Part shown: piece after piece, positions 59,815 to 64,000 of the stretch | Layout: each line of letters starts with the position of its first letter | Numbering within the stretch: the first letter of the stretch is position 1 | DNA from: a virus | Lineage: Duplodnaviria > Caudoviricetes | Length of the DNA: 64,000 bases | Strand: one strand, 5' to 3' | Virus record (IMG/VR): IMGVR_UViG_3300031998_000003 | Location: 128,001-192,000 of that record | Notes under the pieces: generated by a model | The model's database searches: none | Told to the model about the DNA's origin: nothing | What the model saw: only the letters and a program-made list of their open reading frames with translations | Translations under genes and position numbers: made by a program

Positions 59815-60804
59815 TCACACTGAATCATTTACCGAATCGGTATCTGTATTAATCTCAGATTTGTAGATGACCGGATACTTGTTTTCAAGCTCATCTAGAG
59901 CAACTTTCGACTCAAGATCAACTTCTTTGATTGCGGCGTTTGGTGGTGGATAATCCGGCATTATCTCATTATTTCCATTGAGCGTAACGTATTCTCTGTC
60001 GTTGGGATCATCACCAATCATGACATGAATTTTCGGATTGTCCTTTTCAAATTTGACGGTTTCAGGGACTTCGTCAACTGATACGACATTTTCCAGCATA
60101 TTGGAAGCATCAGCAATACTCGTTTCTGGGTATTGAGAGAGCGGCGGTGACGGGACACTCGAGGGATTTGGCATGTTAAAGATATTATCCACGATTGACT
60201 TTCCAACATCGAATGCGGATGCACTTCTTCCAGGTGTTGCCGTTGCAGGACCACCACCAGCAACAGTTTGTTGTTGTTTGATGCGAAGCTCGGTGATGTT
60301 CTTCTTGATAGCCGCCTGCTCCTTTATAATAGAAAGCATTGCACTTCTAGCACTGGTTGCAGCTTGCATGGCAGCAATCGCATCTTCGTTCAGTCCGTAA
60401 GCACCTTTGTCAGTGTACATCTCCATGGCTTTTCTTTCAAAGACTTTGATCAATTTGGCCTGATCAGCAGCAAGTGTTTTCAGAGAAGCGATGTCAGACG
60501 AGAATATACGGTTCGGATCGATCTTTTCAGGACCGAACATTTCCTGGTTGTAGGTGACATCCAGTGTCGTTGTCGGTGTGTTCCACAGACCACCGACAAA
60601 CGGGTTGATGAATCCGTCCATCGGAATATACTGTGGTATTGCGGAAAACTCATGGAATCTTTCCATGAATGTATTCGGGCTGTATGGTTCATCAGTCCAA
60701 TTACTCGTCTGCTGAGGTTCAACACCGTATGCTGAGGAATCCAGACTTTCGAATGGGCAACTGTTATTCATTATTCCAATTGCATCAAACATTGAAGAAC
60801 TCAT
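59815..60804 (-). CDS. Hypothetical protein with coiled coil
   Basis: Start moved to ATG 60804 behind GAAAGGAG; terminator hairpin at 59790-59811. Confidence 0.75.
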   Translation of the reverse strand: MSSSMFDAIGIMNNSCPFESLDSSAYGVEPQQTSNWTDEPYSPNTFMERFHEFSAIPQYIPMDGFINPFVGGLWNTPTTTLDVTYNQEMFGPEKIDPNRIFSSDIASLKTLAADQAKLIKVFERKAMEMYTDKGAYGLNEDAIAAMQAATSARSAMLSIIKEQAAIKKNITELRIKQQQTVAGGGPATATPGRSASAFDVGKSIVDNIFNMPNPSSVPSPPLSQYPETSIADASNMLENVVSVDEVPETVKFEKDNPKIHVMIGDDPNDREYVTLNGNNEIMPDYPPPNAAIKEVDLESKVALDELENKYPVIYKSEINTDTDSVNDSV

Positions 60805-60886
60805 TTCAGCATCTCCTTTCAAAAAAAATAATTTGAATGTTTCCATCCATACTTAAATGTCATTTGCTTCTGATCTTATTATGGTA

Positions 60887-62392
60887 TCATTCCATTTTTG
60901 TCAGACCGTATAGACCATTCAAACATTCAATTTCAATCGGAAATGCTGCATCCATATTTGGTTTTACGCAATATGCTTTTGAATACATCAGCTTCTCAGC
61001 TTGTGCATTTGCTTCTTCGGACCAGATACCTGTGCTCTTGACAGTATCACCGTCATAGTCACCACCAATGTTCTGTAGACGAGAATTTGCCATATTGATG
61101 ACATCAACAAATGACGTGGAAACTTTCATATGTGATGCTTCGGGATTGATGTCAGGATATGTCCGATACACTTCACCCTGAAACTGCACTGGAATTGTGG
61201 TGTTTGTTGATAACACATGAATCTTAGAGAAAAATGCACCAAGATGGTGACCGATCGGATAACGAACTGTGTACATATGTCTGTCAGCAGCGACTGTAGA
61301 ACGATATCCACATAGATAGATCACATCCGTCAACGTTAGTGGACGTGAGATTGTCTCATTCGTTTTCATGTTTAATGCACTGAAAATAATCGGTTTCTTA
61401 TTTTCCGGATCCAGATATAGGATGCGGAATCTGGATCCAGGGTTTCTCATGAAGATCTGAATCAGATCCGAGATCATCTTGTCATCGTAGATATTTTCGA
61501 TATCAGTGCGGTTTACTTCATCCGGATTTGGATGAATGGATACGATGTTATCATATGACAAAAATTGCTTCATGTGGAATTTCACAAATGGTTGGAATGC
61601 AGAGACGATTGTCATCAGCGGATAACCTGTACGAAAAATACCAACCTCTGGAGTATTGGATCTGTATGATGGAGCTGATATAACATTTCTGACAGTTCCA
61701 ACAGTATTCTTTGCCAACAGATTCTTCTGGAAGTAACCATTCTTTGTGCCAACAAATTTGTTGATGTAAGAGTATAGTTCGATCAACGTATCTTGAATTT
61801 GGTTGTTGACACGATGAACTGATGCCGTTGTGTGTGATGTAACACTCTTGAATCCAAGCAGTTTCATGTACAAAGAATTCAGCTCGGACTTTACCTGCTT
61901 ACCATTCTTCATACCACTTGGACGAAATGCCGGTGGTAGCACAAGAACTTTGTCAACAAACAACAACCGTCTTGGACACTTGATCAAAATATCGAGGGAC
62001 GCATCATTACGTGTATTTAGATTTTTCTTAATGTCGATTTCTTCCCAGATATTGTATAGATCACGGAACCCGCTGTATTTGCCGTCTTCAGCTTCAATCA
62101 GTTTTCCATCAATCAGATTGCATCTGATTTCACCATATGCCAACTTACGGATGATACCACCTGACCTGGTGATGATGTTTTTGGCAACATCAGGATTGAA
62201 CACATGAATCGGAAGTTTGATATAACCGCAGCGATACTTCTGCTCTTCTTCAGTCTGACCAAAGATTTCTTCGGAAAAAAGACCATTCGGGTTATATTGA
62301 TTCGGCGTTGAAAACATGACGGCCGATGTGACTTCCTTCAGATTGTTAACCCTGATATCTTGATCGATATCATATAGACCAACAATACGCAT
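60887..62392 (-). CDS. Multisubunit RNA polymerase beta-prime N-terminal catalytic subunit (virion type, phiKZ gp180-like)
   Basis: GLFSEEIFG, GYIKL, VLPPAFRP, RNVISAP, RYP, GGDYDGD; ends shortly after the catalytic motif. Confidence 0.92.
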   Translation of the reverse strand: MRIVGLYDIDQDIRVNNLKEVTSAVMFSTPNQYNPNGLFSEEIFGQTEEEQKYRCGYIKLPIHVFNPDVAKNIITRSGGIIRKLAYGEIRCNLIDGKLIEAEDGKYSGFRDLYNIWEEIDIKKNLNTRNDASLDILIKCPRRLLFVDKVLVLPPAFRPSGMKNGKQVKSELNSLYMKLLGFKSVTSHTTASVHRVNNQIQDTLIELYSYINKFVGTKNGYFQKNLLAKNTVGTVRNVISAPSYRSNTPEVGIFRTGYPLMTIVSAFQPFVKFHMKQFLSYDNIVSIHPNPDEVNRTDIENIYDDKMISDLIQIFMRNPGSRFRILYLDPENKKPIIFSALNMKTNETISRPLTLTDVIYLCGYRSTVAADRHMYTVRYPIGHHLGAFFSKIHVLSTNTTIPVQFQGEVYRTYPDINPEASHMKVSTSFVDVINMANSRLQNIGGDYDGDTVKSTGIWSEEANAQAEKLMYSKAYCVKPNMDAAFPIEIECLNGLYGLTKME

Positions 62393-62465
62393 ATTTCATA
62401 CCTCCTTAAGTGTATAAAGTTACAGAACCGTTTGATCGATGGTGGGGATTTACCCCACCATCGTA

Positions 62466-62711
62466 TCACTTATGGCGCTCGCGCCACCGATCAATGTATT
62501 CAGAAATATCCATATCATTTCTCAGGGAGTACCAGCTAATCAAAAGCATACCAATAAGGCCCGGCCAAATGCCGAATGAATCAATGATATGGTTATTTGT
62601 AAATAGAACAATGAACAGATCTGCGATGATGTAAGCTATCGATATAATTGCGCCGAACCAGCTTACAACGAATCCTACATTCTTCCAGTCGATATGTCGT
62701 TTTGTCTTCAT
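62466..62711 (-). CDS. Small two-pass membrane protein
   Basis: Two hydrophobic helices; ATG 62711 behind AAGGAG; early-type motif at 62845-62863. Confidence 0.65.
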   Translation of the reverse strand: MKTKRHIDWKNVGFVVSWFGAIISIAYIIADLFIVLFTNNHIIDSFGIWPGLIGMLLISWYSLRNDMDISEYIDRWRERHK

Positions 62712-62874
62712 GTAAAACACTCCTTGCTCTGTAAATCATAAACTTGTATTTCAATCGATTTACATATTCACCCATTGAGTACCACCTTCTTTCAATGCAC
62801 GGGTTCATTGAAAAATTGGAATATTCAGGCCCAACCCCTTCATATTCAAAATAATGATATACATTCATAAATAT

Positions 62875-63026
62875 AAAAAAAAATATGTGCGGGCCGAAGC
62901 CCGCACGCAAAAGAATTCTTGGAGGCGTCACATTTCTGTGACAACCCATGGACAACGGAAAACGTAGAAAACATACGTTGGGAATTCTTCACACGGCAAG
63001 TGAAGAAAGGTTCATTTCATGAACTT
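62875..63026 (-). ncRNA. Structured ncRNA candidate 3 (four short hairpins with C/U-rich linkers)
   Basis: Begins at +1 of GACA-N6-TA (63037-63026); ends at the UUCG terminator 62887-62906 plus U tract; no internal ORF with an RBS. Confidence 0.5.
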
Positions 63027-63133
63027 ACAAATTTGTCGTCATCGTATGTATATTATTAAATCGGATAGGGAAGGTGTATAACTTCTAACCGCCTGAACTA
63101 ACTTTTACAAACCATCTATAGGAGGATACAGCA

Positions 63134-64000
63134 ATGCCGAAAATCAAAAACGGTCCAATGAAAGATGATAAGATTACCATTGTTGATTCCGATGTCGAAA
63201 AGATGCGACATCGTCCAACAATGTATATCGCAGCTCTCGGTGAGATGGGTGTACTGCACCTATGTAAAGAGATCATCGATAATAACCGAGATGAATGTTT
63301 GAAGCCGGAATCTCCTGGAGATACTATTAATATTGAGATCACAGATAAGCAGCTTCGTACACGGGATAATGGTCGCGGTATTCCGACGAAGCTGCTCCGG
63401 GTAGTTCATGAGACAAACCAGGCTGGTTCCAATATGACAAGAGCTCACGGTACAACTGCCGGTGAGAATGGAACTGGTACAACTGCAGCACTCGCGATGA
63501 GTGACTATTATGAGGTCACAACACTTCGTCCTCAGGAAAAGAAGAAGCTGACACTGGAATATGTTGACTCGAAGTTGACTGTAGAAGCGCTGGAGGATTA
63601 TAAGGAGAAAGATCATGGTCTGATCACGACTTATCGTCCGTCCAAGAAGATTCTCGGTTATGACAAGATTCCTGTGGATATGCTTGTGAAGTGGATAGAG
63701 GACTTCAAGTTTACATTACCAGCAGACATCAAACTGTTCTACTCCGTTCGTGGTGAACAATTCCAGATCAATCATCGGGCGTTGAATACATACTTTGATG
63801 ATTTCATCCCTGAAGATCAGCGTATGACATCGGCTCTATCATTTACGACGTCTGGAGAATTGAAGGAAGTCTTTGATGATGAAGAGTTCCAGCGTTCATT
63901 CTCATTGGAAGCTGCTATCGTATATTCATCGCCGGATTACCATGGAGAAGACATTCGTAAGAGTTGGATGAATATGATCCACACTTCTCAGAATGGATCA
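63134..64000 (+). CDS. gyrB: Type II topoisomerase / gyrase B subunit, truncated by the window edge
   Basis: Missing from the ORF track. Hand translation gives MRHRPTMYI, KEIIDNNRDE, RDNGRGIP and AGENGTG; RBS AGGAGG. Confidence 0.9.
   Translation, partial: MPKIKNGPMKDDKITIVDSDVEKMRHRPTMYIAALGEMGVLHLCKEIIDNNRDECLKPESPGDTINIEITDKQLRTRDNGRGIPTKLLRVVHETNQAGSNMTRAHGTTAGENGTGTTAALAMSDYYEVTTLRPQEKKKLTLEYVDSKLTVEALEDYKEKDHGLITTYRPSKKILGYDKIPVDMLVKWIEDFKFTLPADIKLFYSVRGEQFQINHRALNTYFDDFIPEDQRMTSALSFTTSGELKEVFDDEEFQRSFSLEAAIVYSSPDYHGEDIRKSWMNMIHTSQNGS

Noticed and set aside
62593-62775. 60-aa ORF with an RBS, overlapping the membrane protein gene
   Set aside because: It overlaps by 119 nt in another frame and has no motifs; cannot be supported without homologs.
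1-64000. CRISPR array, tRNA genes, integrase or transposase
   Set aside because: No regularly spaced repeats, cloverleafs or recombinase motifs seen by eye; tRNAscan and a CRISPR finder would be needed to be sure.
1-64000. Stop-codon reassignment
   Set aside because: Core genes are full length and densely packed under the standard code; the only split gene is explained by the intron.
1-64000. Chimallin (phage nucleus shell) gene
   Set aside because: No ORF recognisable as chimallin, though it could be too divergent or lie outside the window.

Overview
This window is an internal piece of a jumbo myophage genome resembling the AR9/PBS1 and phiKZ groups. Strong AGGAGG/GAAAGG ribosome-binding sites suggest a Bacillota host (inference). 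It encodes three split multisubunit RNA polymerase subunits: beta-N and beta-C sized like the non-virion enzyme, and a beta'-N carrying GDYDGD, split like the virion enzyme. Structural genes include large terminase, portal, tail sheath, tail tube and several baseplate or virion proteins. Other genes include an SbcC ATPase, tubulin, a GroEL-like chaperonin, a protein kinase, a DUF5664-type nucleotide hydrolase, a small PolB-like palm protein and the start of a GyrB-like gene. A DnaB helicase is split by a 506-nt group I intron, and an SF2 helicase carries a class 3 mini-intein. Two promoter classes can be read from the intergenic DNA: an early-like YATATYATT-N4-YG motif and a late-like NAC[A/G/C]-N6-TA motif. 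The most novel signal is a set of three structured non-coding RNA candidates (44542-44740, 44764-44960 and 63026-62875 on the minus strand). Each starts at the predicted +1 of a late-like promoter and carries a sequence complementary to a Shine-Dalgarno plus start codon. The guide in the second RNA matches an extended AGGAGGAAC initiation region shared by six non-homologous genes, two of which encode prion-like Q/P/Y-rich proteins. This suggests an sRNA-based translational switch. All calls are by eye from motifs and base pairing; no database search or folding program was run.
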